A DNA stretch of 63,605 nt, filler included. It is 5 parts of 5 records of this genome, joined end to end, with 100 filler letters (N's around TTAATTAATTAA, not from the genome) between each part and the next. Parts side by side here need not be neighbours in the genome. Positions count along the whole stretch, not along the records: positions 1 to 10,191 come from DRR723986_9900; positions 10,292 to 22,048 come from DRR723986_9905; 3 more parts are not named here. One strand, 5' to 3'. The notes under the pieces are model-generated. The model ran no database searches and had not been told where the DNA came from. It worked only from the letters and a program-made list of their open reading frames with translations. Position 1 is the first letter of the stretch, and each line of letters opens with the position of its first letter. A program made the translations under genes and the position numbers. Below are positions 1-10,358 of this stretch, in pieces.

Positions 1-1431
1 CGCCCGGGCGATATTTCCAATCTGGCTCAAAGCAGTGAAAGGGCGTTCCGGGTAACTTTCGGGAGCGAGTCGCCGCCGTATCGGGAGCGTTACTGGCGGG
101 GTCTTATTCTAGATTATCTGGATGACGAAACCTGGCGCCAGAGGGACCCAGACGGTTTCCGACGACCCGCAAGAGTAGACAACGACGGTGGCGTCGGGCC
201 GTTGGAAAGTAATGAGTACGATATCCTGATGGAGCCGACGGATGAGCGCTGGGCGTTCTCACTTGAGAACTCGGTGGCGGTCTCGGGCAACGTGGTGAGC
301 ACGCCGGAGGACTTGTTCCGGTTCCAGCGGCCAGCTGACAGCCCGGTGCGTTATCGCCTGGCACAGGTTTCACCCAAGCCGGCGCAAGCTGGCGCCCTTT
401 CCTCAGAAGAAGCGCAGCGATATCTCCAGCTTCCCCCAGCCGGCAACCCAAGGGCCAGGGAGCTGGGGCACAAACTTTCTGAAGACCTGCCTCCTTCCGA
501 GGTCGTCAACGCGTTGCTCCGCCGTTTTCGAGAAGAGGCTTATTACTATACGTTACGCCCACCCACCATGCCGGTCGACGGCATTGATGGGCTGTTGTTT
601 GATGAAAAACGGGGCTTTTGTGCCCACTATGCCGGTGCGGCTACCTTCGTCTTCCGGGCAGCCGGAATTCCGGCCCGAGTTGTTGTTGGTTATCAGGGCG
701 GTGATGCCGGAGCAGGCGGAGATTACCTGATTGTCCGTCAGTACGATGCCCACGCCTGGGTGGAAGTCTGGCTGGATGGTACAGGCTGGGTGAGGGTGGA
801 TCCGACTGCTGCGATTGCTCCCAGCCGGATTGAATCCGGATTGCGGGATGCGGTGGCCGATGAGGGCTCCTTTTTGGAGAATGAATTGATTTCACCTCTG
901 CGATACGGTGATGTTGCAGTTCTGCAATGGGCGTCGCTCCAACTGGATCGCATCAACTATAACTGGCAGCGTTGGGTGGTGGGTTACCAAGGCCAGAGTC
1001 AGATGGATCTGATGTCCCGGTTGCCGGGTGGTTTCGGGCTCAAGGAGCTGGGTTACCTGACGGCTGGCGTGGTTGGTGCCGCCCTGCTGATAGCATGTGT
1101 TGTCTCGGCTCTTTCGATTCGCCGCGGCGCCCGTAAGGATGCTTTCAGTCGGGTGGTTTTGGGCTGGCATCGGCTGTGCGAACAGGTGGGCGTGCCGGTC
1201 CGTACCGGTGAAACCCCAACGACGCTGGCAGAACGCCTGGCGGATGCGCGCCCGGAAGTCGAATCTTCGGCCCGCCTCTTTGCCCGGGCCGTTAACAGCC
1301 ATTACTATACGGCCTCAACTCAGGAAGTTTCCGCGCACGAAGCGCGCAGGCTTACCCGGCTATTGAAAACGATGAAACGGCAGTTGCGCCGTAAACCTGA
1401 ACCCGCTTCACGGACGCTCCGACATGACTGA
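1..1431 (+). CDS. Transglutaminase-like TgpA/DUF3488 membrane protein, 5'-truncated
   Basis: Frame is open from base 1 (RPGDISNLAQSSERAFRV..YWRGLILD). Contains Cys-His-Asp motifs GFCAHYA, AHAWVEVW and VDPT, plus a C-terminal TM helix. Confidence 0.88.
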   Translation, partial: RPGDISNLAQSSERAFRVTFGSESPPYRERYWRGLILDYLDDETWRQRDPDGFRRPARVDNDGGVGPLESNEYDILMEPTDERWAFSLENSVAVSGNVVSTPEDLFRFQRPADSPVRYRLAQVSPKPAQAGALSSEEAQRYLQLPPAGNPRARELGHKLSEDLPPSEVVNALLRRFREEAYYYTLRPPTMPVDGIDGLLFDEKRGFCAHYAGAATFVFRAAGIPARVVVGYQGGDAGAGGDYLIVRQYDAHAWVEVWLDGTGWVRVDPTAAIAPSRIESGLRDAVADEGSFLENELISPLRYGDVAVLQWASLQLDRINYNWQRWVVGYQGQSQMDLMSRLPGGFGLKELGYLTAGVVGAALLIACVVSALSIRRGARKDAFSRVVLGWHRLCEQVGVPVRTGETPTTLAERLADARPEVESSARLFARAVNSHYYTASTQEVSAHEARRLTRLLKTMKRQLRRKPEPASRTLRHD

Positions 1432-2455
1432 TATTGCGAAGGATATGCCCTGGCTCGGCCGCGCCTGGAACACGGTGCAGCAACGCCTTACCCAGGATCG
1501 GTTGCCTCACGCGCTGCTGGTCGTTGGTGAGCAGGGCGTCGGGAAAAGGGCGTGGGCAGAAGCCGTCGCTGGGCTGCTGTTGTGCGACCAGCAGGTCGGC
1601 CTTGACAACGGAGCACCGATTGCGTGCGGTCAGTGTCGTCAGTGTCAGTTGATCGCGGCGAACAGCCATCCCGATGTCCGGGTGTATTCGCCGGAAAAGT
1701 CCCGGATGGTGAAAGTGGATCAGATCCGCGCGCTCTCGACGTTTGCCGTGGCCTCGCCACAGGTTGCACACCGCAAGGTGGCCATAGTCGACCGGGCGGA
1801 TCAGCTCAACATCAACGCCGCCAACGCATTGCTGAAAACCCTGGAAGAGCCTTTGCCGGATGTGACCCTGTTGCTGCTCCAGGAATCCGGGCGGCCGGTA
1901 CTTCCCACCATACGATCCCGCTGCCAGGCCCTGACAATACCGTTACCTGATGCCGAGGATGCCGGGCGATGGCTGTCTGCCCGGGTATCCGAGTTGGAGG
2001 AATCCATCCGCCCGTCGCCGGACACTCTGGCCAAAAGCCTGATGCTGGCGGGTAATGCTCCCAGGCTGGCGCTGGAGTATGCCACTGGCGAGTTTCTTGC
2101 GCAGAGGGATGAGGCCTTCGAGGCATTTCGACAGTTCATGAAAGGCCAGATGACGGTAGGGGACGCCGCCCGCCGCTTCAAAACGCTGGGACTGGACGAT
2201 ACATTATGGCTGTTTGAAAGCTGGGCCGCGGACCTGGCCCGGTGCAGTGCCGGGGGCGAAGTTCAGGACCCGGAGGCAGTAGACATGTTGGGCTATCTGG
2301 CCAGATCCAATCCGCCGTGGCGCGCTCATCAATTGCTGGAGCGGGTTCGGGAAAGCCGGAGTGCGGGCATATATAACGCAAGCCCGGAGCTTGAGGCCAC
2401 TCAGCTTCTACTGGCCTGGCGGGAGTTGATGCCCCGGAAGCGGCAGACAACGTGA
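1424..2455 (+). CDS. holB: DNA polymerase III delta' subunit
   Basis: Walker-like GEQGVGK, Zn motif CGQCRQC, HPD, NAANALLKTLEEP, TIRSRC; followed by pilZ. Confidence 0.93.
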   Translation: MTDIAKDMPWLGRAWNTVQQRLTQDRLPHALLVVGEQGVGKRAWAEAVAGLLLCDQQVGLDNGAPIACGQCRQCQLIAANSHPDVRVYSPEKSRMVKVDQIRALSTFAVASPQVAHRKVAIVDRADQLNINAANALLKTLEEPLPDVTLLLLQESGRPVLPTIRSRCQALTIPLPDAEDAGRWLSARVSELEESIRPSPDTLAKSLMLAGNAPRLALEYATGEFLAQRDEAFEAFRQFMKGQMTVGDAARRFKTLGLDDTLWLFESWAADLARCSAGGEVQDPEAVDMLGYLARSNPPWRAHQLLERVRESRSAGIYNASPELEATQLLLAWRELMPRKRQTT

Positions 2456-2520
2456 GCGTTGTTCAGGATCAACTGCTATCATTGCGAAATATCAGTAAAT
2501 TTGCGTAAAAGGTATTTGAT

Positions 2521-2871
2521 ATGGGGCCCGGATTCGGAGCACGCAGCGGTATTCTAACCCTGACGATCAAGGACAAGGCGGTTCTCTATGCGGCGTACAT
2601 GCCCTACATCCGCCAGGGAGGCCTGTTTATTCCTACCCAGAAGCAATATCAACTGGGCGATGAGGTGTTTCTGCTGCTCAACCTGATGGATGAGCCGGAG
2701 AAAATCCCGGTGGCTGGCAAGGTGATCTGGATTACCCCCAAGGGTGCTCAGGGAAACCGGGCCGCAGGCATTGGCGTGCAGTTCAATGGCGATGACGAAA
2801 CTGCCCGCACCAAGATTGAATCCTACCTGGCCGGCTCGCTGAGTTCCGATCGTCCCACCCACACCATGTAA
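2521..2871 (+). CDS. pilZ: Type IV pilus assembly protein PilZ
   Basis: LYAAYMPYIRQGGLFIPT...RPTHTM, typical of PilZ; lies downstream of holB. Confidence 0.93.
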   Translation: MGPGFGARSGILTLTIKDKAVLYAAYMPYIRQGGLFIPTQKQYQLGDEVFLLLNLMDEPEKIPVAGKVIWITPKGAQGNRAAGIGVQFNGDDETARTKIESYLAGSLSSDRPTHTM

Positions 2872-2883
2872 GGCCGCTACCGA

Positions 2884-3804
2884 ATGACGGAGACCTCGTT
2901 GCCCGGTAGCGTTCCAGAACCACAGGCCGGCTGCCATGAAATGCACTGGCCCCTGGATAACATAACTCTTTCGGGTCTGACCTGGCCGAGCTCCAGCGAG
3001 GAAAGTTCACGACCACCGGCTATCCTTCTGCACGGCTGGCTCGACAATGCCATGTCTTTTGCCCGACTGGCGCCGTTGTTGGCCGAGAGCACCACGATAC
3101 ATGCGGTGGATATGGCAGGGCATGGACACTCGGGCCACCGGCCACCGGGTTACAGCTATTGGCTGATGGACTACGTCGGGGATCTATCCGAACTGGTGGA
3201 ACGGCATTTTCCTGAAAGCGAACGTTACCCTCTGGATCTTGTGGGGCATTCTCTCGGCGGGATTGTCTGCGCACTTTACGCCGCCGCATTCCCGGAACGG
3301 GTGCGCAGACTGGTGATGATTGACAGTCTGGGCGCGCTCAGTCGGCCAGCACGTGAGACGATCCCACAGTTGCGGCGGGCATTACAGAAACGCAGGGCTG
3401 GTTCGGCTGCTCCGGCGGTCTATCCGGATATTCAGAGCGCGGCCCGAATCCGTGAGGGCGGGCTGAGCCCCCTGAGCCCCGAGGCGGCAAGAACGCTGGT
3501 GCCCAGAAACATGCGCATGGAAACTGGCGGGTTTATATGGCGCACGGATGCCCGTTTACGCCACCCGACACCGCTGATGATGACCGAAGAACAGGTGAGG
3601 GCGTCTTTGTCTGCCATCCAGACACCCACTTTATTCGTAAGGGCAGAAGAAGGGTTGCTGGTTTCCCGCGGCGGGCTCGATAGTCGTGCCGGTCTGGTCC
3701 CCAACCTTGAAACAGTCGATGTGCCCGGTGGGCATCATTGTCATCTTGACGGGGAGGTGACTCCCGTTGCCGAAGCGATTAACAGGTTTCTCTTACATGA
3801 TTGA
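2884..3804 (+). CDS. Alpha/beta hydrolase
   Basis: HGWLDN, nucleophile motif GHSLG, C-terminal GGHHCH. Confidence 0.88.
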   Translation: MTETSLPGSVPEPQAGCHEMHWPLDNITLSGLTWPSSSEESSRPPAILLHGWLDNAMSFARLAPLLAESTTIHAVDMAGHGHSGHRPPGYSYWLMDYVGDLSELVERHFPESERYPLDLVGHSLGGIVCALYAAAFPERVRRLVMIDSLGALSRPARETIPQLRRALQKRRAGSAAPAVYPDIQSAARIREGGLSPLSPEAARTLVPRNMRMETGGFIWRTDARLRHPTPLMMTEEQVRASLSAIQTPTLFVRAEEGLLVSRGGLDSRAGLVPNLETVDVPGGHHCHLDGEVTPVAEAINRFLLHD

Positions 3805-4705
3805 TCGTGGTAATTCCTCGATGGTCGGTGCGCTGGCCGGCCTTGTGTGGTTATGTTTTACCATTCCTGCAATGGCGGCGTGGCCTGAAGACGCGCCAGC
3901 CCCTTTTCCGCAGTCAACGCTTGAATCCACGGTCGAGATACAGTCTGCTGGCCATCTGGTGCTTTTTAGTCCGGTTCGGGAAATCCGTGATGAAATCCGC
4001 TCCGAGACCATGGCTCGTTTGCCGGTGCAGGGGCAGGGCCAGCTGTTTGAAATCTCCAGGGATGCGAATCGTCAGGCTGCGCGGGCCCATTACTACCAGC
4101 AATTGTCTGCCGGTGGTGCGAAAATTCTATTTGAGTGTGCCGGCATCGCCTGTGGCCGCAGTAATGTCTGGGCCAACCAGATTTTCCAGCAATCCCGCCT
4201 TCTGGGGCGGGGCGCCACTCAGGATTACCTGGTTGCCGCCACAACGGCAGAGGACGGACAGCAGTGGTTGACCCTTGTCTACACCGTGACAAGAGGCAAC
4301 CTGAGAGAGTATGCCTGGGTTGAGCATCTGAATGTTGGTTTCGGTGCGGCCATTCCCGGGTATACCATTGGAGTTGGCCCGATTCAGGGGCCTTTGGTGA
4401 TCCCTTGGTCCGGCGGAGTGACGTTTCGTTTTGAGTGGTCAGCGGATGATCGGCGAACCCTGAATGACTGGGCTGGCGATGATGCGGAAGTGGTGCTGGC
4501 CTCGTTCACCGATCTCGAGCAGGATGAGCCGCTCGAAGCGGCTTTGGAGCGTTCCCGCGCTGCGGCCGAAAGCCTGGCCGCGCTGCTGGGCAAGACGGGT
4601 ATTTCGCTGAGTCAGATACGCATTGTTCCGGTTGGGCCGGCCGTCCCGATGAATGACCCGACTCGGCAGGGTAACCGGGTTGAGGTGCTGGTTATCAAGA
4701 GGTAA
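3798..4705 (+). CDS. DUF4892-like exported protein
   Basis: Signal-peptide-like N-terminus (AMAAW), LFECAGIACGRSNVWAN motif, OmpA-like NRVEV ending. Start chosen at ATG 3798 is uncertain. Confidence 0.65.
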
Positions 4706-4709
4706 GGAA

Positions 4710-5918
4710 ATGGCAGAAAAGGATAGCCCGGAAAAGGAAGCGTCCGGCAGAACCGCAGCCGCGCAGGACGGCGTCACGTCGGTAGTGACCAGTTCAGGTA
4801 TCTCTGCGGCGTCAGCGCCGGCCAGTACCGAGCGCATGGAGCCATTGCCTGGTAAGGGCAAAACCGTTGCACTCACCCTTGGTAGCGGCGGCGCCCGTGG
4901 CTATGCCCACATCGGTGCGATTGAAGTCCTTCAGGAGCGTGGTTACGAGATCGTTGCCATCTCCGGCTGCTCCATGGGCGCCCTGATCGGTGGCATGTAC
5001 GGTGCCGGTAAGATGAAAGACTACAAGGACTGGGTGACCGGGCTCGGCCAGTTTGATGTCTTGCGATTGCTGGATGTGACCTTCACTTCTGTCGGCGCTA
5101 TTCGTGGAGAAAAAGTCTTTTCTGTGGTGCGGGATATTCTGGGCGATACGCGTATTGAGGATCTGCCCATTGCTTACACCGCCGTAGCAACAGATCTTCT
5201 GGCCCATAAGGAAATCTGGTTTCAGGAAGGCCCGCTGGACCAGGCTATCCGCGCCTCCATTGCCATACCCAGCGTGGTGACGCCTCTGGTGCTCAACGGT
5301 CGGGTATTGGTGGATGGCGCACTGCTAAATCCGTTGCCTATTATTCCCACCATCTCAGCCCATGCAGATCTGGTAATGGCCGTTAACCTGAGCGGTGAGG
5401 ATGACCAACAAAGGCGCATTCCAGACGCCGCGTTTGCTCCGGAAGAAACCAGTAGCGATATGGATGAATGGGTCGATGCCATTCGCGAAAAGGCGTCCCG
5501 CTGGTTTGATTGGGATACCCTGAAAACCTTGGGTTCACGAAAATCCGAGAGCGGCGAGTCGCCGGAACAGAAAATAAGCCGGGAAATGGCAAAAAAGACG
5601 GCGCCCGAGAAAAAGCGTGAAGACGAATCGGGGCGGTCCAGACATCGTGACGAGCACGAGACCATCGACTGGGACAAGCTGGGCATTGGCAAATTCGATG
5701 TAATGAACCTGACCATCGAGACCATGCAAAGCGCGTTAGTGCAGTACAAGATTGCCGGCTACCCACCCGATCTGTTGGTTAACATTCCCAAAAATGCCTG
5801 CAGAAGTTACGACTATCACAAGGCCCCGGAGCTGATACAACTGGGCCGGGAGCGAATGTTGGCCGCTCTGGACCGGTTTGAACAAAGCCGCAGCAGCTCC
5901 GGCCCGTTGGCTCTCTGA
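4710..5918 (+). CDS. Patatin-like phospholipase (RssA-like)
   Basis: LGSGGARGYAHIG, GCSMG nucleophile and DGA motif. ATG 4710 follows TAAGGA. Confidence 0.88.
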   Translation: MAEKDSPEKEASGRTAAAQDGVTSVVTSSGISAASAPASTERMEPLPGKGKTVALTLGSGGARGYAHIGAIEVLQERGYEIVAISGCSMGALIGGMYGAGKMKDYKDWVTGLGQFDVLRLLDVTFTSVGAIRGEKVFSVVRDILGDTRIEDLPIAYTAVATDLLAHKEIWFQEGPLDQAIRASIAIPSVVTPLVLNGRVLVDGALLNPLPIIPTISAHADLVMAVNLSGEDDQQRRIPDAAFAPEETSSDMDEWVDAIREKASRWFDWDTLKTLGSRKSESGESPEQKISREMAKKTAPEKKREDESGRSRHRDEHETIDWDKLGIGKFDVMNLTIETMQSALVQYKIAGYPPDLLVNIPKNACRSYDYHKAPELIQLGRERMLAALDRFEQSRSSSGPLAL

Positions 5919-5952
5919 GCCACAAGAGCTGCAGCCCGCGCCGCAATGCGCG

Positions 5953-5958
5953 TATAAT
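5953..5958 (+). promoter_or_regulatory. Putative sigma70 -10 (TATAAT) with GC-rich discriminator upstream of prmB
   Basis: Perfect TATAAT followed by GCCGCGC, about 35 nt before the prmB start. Confidence 0.5.
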
Positions 5959-5993
5959 GCCGCGCACCATTAGCCAGACCAGGAAGCTAAGTT

Positions 5994-6899
5994 TTGACCA
6001 GTCCCGTTGACGACCTGCACTCCATCCGTGACCTGCTTCGGTTCACGGTTTCCCGTTTTGCGGCTTCGCCAATCTACTTTGGCCATGGCACTGATAACGT
6101 CTGGGATGAGGCCGTTCAGCTGGTATTGCGCAGCCTGCATCTGCCGCTGGAAAACAACAATCTGTTTCTGGATGCGCGACTGACCCGTTCAGAGCGGGAA
6201 CTGATTCTCGAGCGCGTAGAGCGTCGGGTCAACGAGCGTATTCCGATTGCTTACCTGCTTGGCGAAGCCTGGTTTATGGGGATGCCGTTCAACGTTGATG
6301 AGCGCGTTCTGGTTCCCCGTTCGCCGATTGGCGAACTGCTGGAGAACGGTCTTCAGCCCTGGTTGGGCGCTACGCAGGTTCAACGAATTCTGGATTTGTG
6401 TACTGGCAGCGGCTGTATCGGTATTGGCGCGGCGACGGTTTTTGACGAGGCGGAAGTGGATCTGTCTGATATTTCGGCGGATGCCCTCGCCGTAGCTGAG
6501 TCCAATATTGAACTTCATGGACTGGAGGGTCGCGTACGCGCGATTCAGTCGGATGTTTTCGACAACATTGAAGGTCGCTACGACGTGATCGTCAGTAATC
6601 CGCCTTATGTGGATGCGGAAGACCTTGCAGACATGCCGGCCGAGTATCACCATGAGCCCGAACTGGGCCTGGCCGCCGGAGACGATGGGCTGGACATTGC
6701 CCACCGCATAGTTGCCCAGGCTGCCGATTACCTCACCGACGACGGACTCCTGATTGTGGAGGTTGGCAACTCCTGGGGTGCCATGGATGATGCCTACCCG
6801 GATTTGCCGTTAACCTGGCTGGAATTCGAGAACGGCGGCGATGGCGTATTCCTGGCCACTGCCCGGGATCTGCGTGAATGGCAGGCCCGAAAAAGCTAA
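5994..6899 (+). CDS. prmB: 50S ribosomal protein L3 glutamine methyltransferase
   Basis: [27 protein letters not shown]; directly upstream of aroC; TTG start. Confidence 0.95.
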   Translation: MTSPVDDLHSIRDLLRFTVSRFAASPIYFGHGTDNVWDEAVQLVLRSLHLPLENNNLFLDARLTRSERELILERVERRVNERIPIAYLLGEAWFMGMPFNVDERVLVPRSPIGELLENGLQPWLGATQVQRILDLCTGSGCIGIGAATVFDEAEVDLSDISADALAVAESNIELHGLEGRVRAIQSDVFDNIEGRYDVIVSNPPYVDAEDLADMPAEYHHEPELGLAAGDDGLDIAHRIVAQAADYLTDDGLLIVEVGNSWGAMDDAYPDLPLTWLEFENGGDGVFLATARDLREWQARKS

Positions 6900-6936
6900 G
6901 ATCGTAAATTACAAAACCTGTATAAAGTGCTGAATT

Positions 6937-8031
6937 ATGTCGGGAAATACATTCGGAAAGCTGTTCACCGTCACCACCTTTGGTGAGAGTCACGGCGCGG
7001 CCCTGGGCTGCATTATCGACGGTTGCCCTCCGGGCCTGGAGCTGTCAGAAGAAGATATGCAGCGGGACCTGGATCGCCGCAAACCCGGTACTTCCCGGCA
7101 TACGACCCAGCGTCGTGAGGCGGACGAGGTTCGGATTCTGTCTGGTGTGTTTGAGGGCAAAACCACGGGCACACCGATTGGTCTGATTATCGAAAACACC
7201 GACCAGCGTTCCAAGGACTATTCCAAGATTGCTGCCCAGTTCCGTCCGGCCCACGCAGACTACACCTATCACCACAAGTACGGTGCCCGGGATTATCGTG
7301 GGGGTGGCCGCTCTTCCGCTAGGGAAACCGCCATGCGGGTTGCTGCCGGCGCCGTCGCCCGGAAGTTTCTTGAGCAGCGTCTCGGGATCAAAGTGCGGGG
7401 TTATCTTTCCCAGTTAGGGCCAATCAAGGCAGACAAGCTGGATTGGGAGCAGGTTCACCAGAATCCGTTCTTTTGTCCGGATGCAGACAAGATCTCCGAG
7501 ATGGAAGCCTACATGGATGCTTTGCGTAAAGAAGGGGATTCGATTGGCGCCCGCATCAATGTGGTTGCGGAGGGAGTTCCCCCAGGCCTCGGTGAGCCGA
7601 TTTTTGATCGTCTGGATGCCGATCTTGCCCACGCCCTGATGAGCATCAACGCGGTCAAGGGTGTGGAGATCGGTGCCGGTTTTGATTGCATCGAGCAGAA
7701 AGGAACAGAGCACCGGGATGAGATGACGCCAGAGGGCTTCCTTTCCAACAATGCCGGTGGTGTTTTGGGCGGCATTTCCTCCGGTCAGCCGATTGTTGCC
7801 AGCATTGCACTAAAGCCAACATCAAGCTTGCGCCTGCCCGGCAAGGGCATTGATGTAGACGGCAATCCGGTGGAGGTGATCACCACTGGTCGGCACGACC
7901 CCTGTGTAGGTATCCGCGCCACGCCCATCGCCGAGGCCATGATGGCGATCGTCCTGATGGACCATTACCTGCGTCATCGCGGCCAGAACGGCGATGTAGA
8001 AGTCACCACGCCGGTCCTCGGCCAGCTCTGA
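6937..8031 (+). CDS. aroC: Chorismate synthase
   Basis: [34 protein letters not shown]. Confidence 0.97.
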   Translation: MSGNTFGKLFTVTTFGESHGAALGCIIDGCPPGLELSEEDMQRDLDRRKPGTSRHTTQRREADEVRILSGVFEGKTTGTPIGLIIENTDQRSKDYSKIAAQFRPAHADYTYHHKYGARDYRGGGRSSARETAMRVAAGAVARKFLEQRLGIKVRGYLSQLGPIKADKLDWEQVHQNPFFCPDADKISEMEAYMDALRKEGDSIGARINVVAEGVPPGLGEPIFDRLDADLAHALMSINAVKGVEIGAGFDCIEQKGTEHRDEMTPEGFLSNNAGGVLGGISSGQPIVASIALKPTSSLRLPGKGIDVDGNPVEVITTGRHDPCVGIRATPIAEAMMAIVLMDHYLRHRGQNGDVEVTTPVLGQL

Positions 8032-8049
8032 TTCAGGGGAGGCGCTACC

Positions 8050-9204
8050 ATCTACTGGCGGCTGTCGAACCTCTATTTCTGGTTTTTCGCCCTCCTTGGA
8101 GGGCTTTTGCCCTATTGGTCCCTCTATCTTGAGGGGCAGGGCTACTCCTATCTCCAGATTGCCACATTGATGGCGACCATCCAGCTAACCAAGATCGTCG
8201 CACCCAGCGTTTGGGGTTACATCGGTGACCGGACCGGCCAGCGGGTCCGCCTGGTACGATTTGGTGCTATTTTCGGCTCGCTGTTTTTCGCCGGCGTGTT
8301 TCTGGAACCCGGTTTCTACGGTCTGTTGCTGGTCATGCTGGTGTTCACCTTTTTCTGGAACGCCATTTTGCCGCTGTATGAAGTCATTACCCTGCGGGTA
8401 CTCGGCAAGCATCGGGACAAGTACGGCAAGGTTCGTCTTTGGGGCTCTGTAGGATTTATCGGCGCAGTGGCTCTGGTCGGCGGGCTACTGGAACTGGTGG
8501 AGATTCAGTACTTGCCGTGGCTGTTATTGCCGGTATTTGCAGGGATTGCCGTCTCGGCATTTCTGGTGCCTTCCGAGCGTGGCGAGCGCAAGCAGCAATC
8601 TGCACCTGTCGGTAGCCTGAAAGCAATTGTCACTCATCCGGCTGTGATCGCTTTTTTCGCGATGAATTTTCTGCTTCAGGTATCACATGGTGCCTACTAC
8701 ACCTTCTTCAGTATCCACCTGGAACAACATGAGTACGGCAAACTGGCCATCGGGTTACTGTGGTCACTCGGAGTCATCGCAGAGATAGGCTTGTTTCTGG
8801 TTATGCACAGGCTATCCCGGCGCTTTAGTGTACGGCAGGTGGTGCTGGGGGCGCTGGTACTGACAATGATCCGCTGGGGTCTGATCGCCGAGCTGACGTC
8901 GGTATTGCCGGTACTGATCTTTGCCCAGCTGCTGCATGCGGCTTCTTACGGCGCGTTGCATGCAGTATCCGTCCAATACATTCAGGGTTTTTTCGGTAAA
9001 CACCATCATGGCCAGGGTCAGGCTCTATACAGTGGCCTGACCTTCGGCGCCGGCGGGGCGCTCGGTGCATGGTTATCCGGTTTCCTGGTGGATGGTTTCA
9101 GTACCTCCGCGGCGTTCTGGGGTGGTGCCGCCGCGATGGCCTTTGCCATTATTGTGACCTGGCGGGGTTTGCAGCCGCCACCGCAGCCCCAGCACGATCA
9201 TTGA
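8050..9204 (+). CDS. MFS transporter (HcaT/MFS_1-like); probable ATC start at 8050
   Basis: Multi-TM protein with YGKVRLWGSVGF. The frame extends upstream of TTG 8107 as (I)YWRLSNLYFWFFALLGGL, with GGGGAGG 7 nt before ATC 8050. Confidence 0.85.
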   Translation: MYWRLSNLYFWFFALLGGLLPYWSLYLEGQGYSYLQIATLMATIQLTKIVAPSVWGYIGDRTGQRVRLVRFGAIFGSLFFAGVFLEPGFYGLLLVMLVFTFFWNAILPLYEVITLRVLGKHRDKYGKVRLWGSVGFIGAVALVGGLLELVEIQYLPWLLLPVFAGIAVSAFLVPSERGERKQQSAPVGSLKAIVTHPAVIAFFAMNFLLQVSHGAYYTFFSIHLEQHEYGKLAIGLLWSLGVIAEIGLFLVMHRLSRRFSVRQVVLGALVLTMIRWGLIAELTSVLPVLIFAQLLHAASYGALHAVSVQYIQGFFGKHHHGQGQALYSGLTFGAGGALGAWLSGFLVDGFSTSAAFWGGAAAMAFAIIVTWRGLQPPPQPQHDH

Positions 9205-10085
9205 CTGGACTCTGGTCGCGTTTCTTCCTCTTCCACTATCTGCAGCAATGCCTGCGCGGCACTACCCAGTTGTCGGCGGGACAGCGCCACGGCACCCAGA
9301 ACCCGGGTAACAGGGTGGGGCACTTCAAGCACTTTCAGGCTGTTATCGAGCATGCTGACCGGCAAAATGCTCCACCCGAGGCCAACGCTCACCATCATTT
9401 TTATGGTTTCCAGGTAGTTGGTGGGCATCAGGGGTTTCAGGGTGAGGTTGGCTTCCAGGAACAGGCGGCTGACCACCCGGTAGGTTGCGGTGCTGGTATC
9501 CGGTAGCAGCGCCGGGTGTGGCGCGAGGTCATCAAGCGTTGGGTTGGCCAGTGTTGCCAGAGGATGTTCTTTTCCAACCACGAAGGCCATGGGGTCTGGC
9601 CACTGGGCGAGGATGGAGAACTCCGGGTTCATGCTGTCGCTGAGGGTGACGAAGGCCAGTTCAGCGTTGCGTTTGTTCATCTGGTCGTAGGCAGCATCGG
9701 ATTCCATGAATTGCAGGTGCAGGTCCACCTGGGGGTATTCCCGGCGATAGCGGCGTAGCCAGTTGGGCAGGTGGTGCAGGCCGATGTGGTGGCTGGCGAT
9801 GGCGTGGAGTTCGCCTTCTATGCTGTCGGCGCTGGTGGTGAGGGCCATGCGGGCGTTGTGGATTTCGTCGAGGATTTTGCGGGCATGGGGGAGGAGCCTT
9901 GTGCCGGATTCGGTCAGGCGGATTTCGCGGTTGCTGCGGTCGATCAGTCGGGTGTCCAGTTGGGTTTCCAGGGCGGCCAGACGTTTGCTGATGGCTGGCT
10001 GTGTCAGGTGCAGGGTTTCAGCGGCTTCTGAGAAGGAACCCTGGTCGACGATTGTCAGGAATGCTTTCAGGGAGTTTGCGTCCAT
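9198..10085 (-). CDS. LysR-family transcriptional regulator
   Basis: N-terminal HTH GSFSEAAETLHLTQPAISKRL plus substrate-binding domain. Confidence 0.93.
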   Translation of the reverse strand: MDANSLKAFLTIVDQGSFSEAAETLHLTQPAISKRLAALETQLDTRLIDRSNREIRLTESGTRLLPHARKILDEIHNARMALTTSADSIEGELHAIASHHIGLHHLPNWLRRYRREYPQVDLHLQFMESDAAYDQMNKRNAELAFVTLSDSMNPEFSILAQWPDPMAFVVGKEHPLATLANPTLDDLAPHPALLPDTSTATYRVVSRLFLEANLTLKPLMPTNYLETIKMMVSVGLGWSILPVSMLDNSLKVLEVPHPVTRVLGAVALSRRQLGSAAQALLQIVEEEETRPESSQ

Positions 10086-10191
10086 AGTTGCTGCTCCAAT
10101 TGATGCTTGGATTCCACATTGGTGCAGGTTTCAGGACTTCCCGACTCATGTTGGGGGAGCGAAAGGGCGGGTAAGGCTTTTCAAAACCGCT

Positions 10192-10291
10192 NNNNNNNNN
10201 NNNNNNNNNNNNNNNNNNNNNNNNNNNNNNNNNNNTTAATTAATTAANNNNNNNNNNNNNNNNNNNNNNNNNNNNNNNNNNNNNNNNNNNN
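10192..10291. other. Artificial contig spacer
   Basis: N-run, TTAATTAATTAA (stops in all frames), N-run. Confidence 0.99.
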
Positions 10292-10358
10292 CAGGCTCTT
10301 TGATTTTTTTGTTTGTCACTGGGTCTTCAGTAACAATCCGGCCAGTTGTTTAAGAGTC

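Noticed and set aside
10130-10191. Possible start of an intergenic repeat element at the contig end
   Set aside because: Single truncated copy; repetition cannot be shown within this window.
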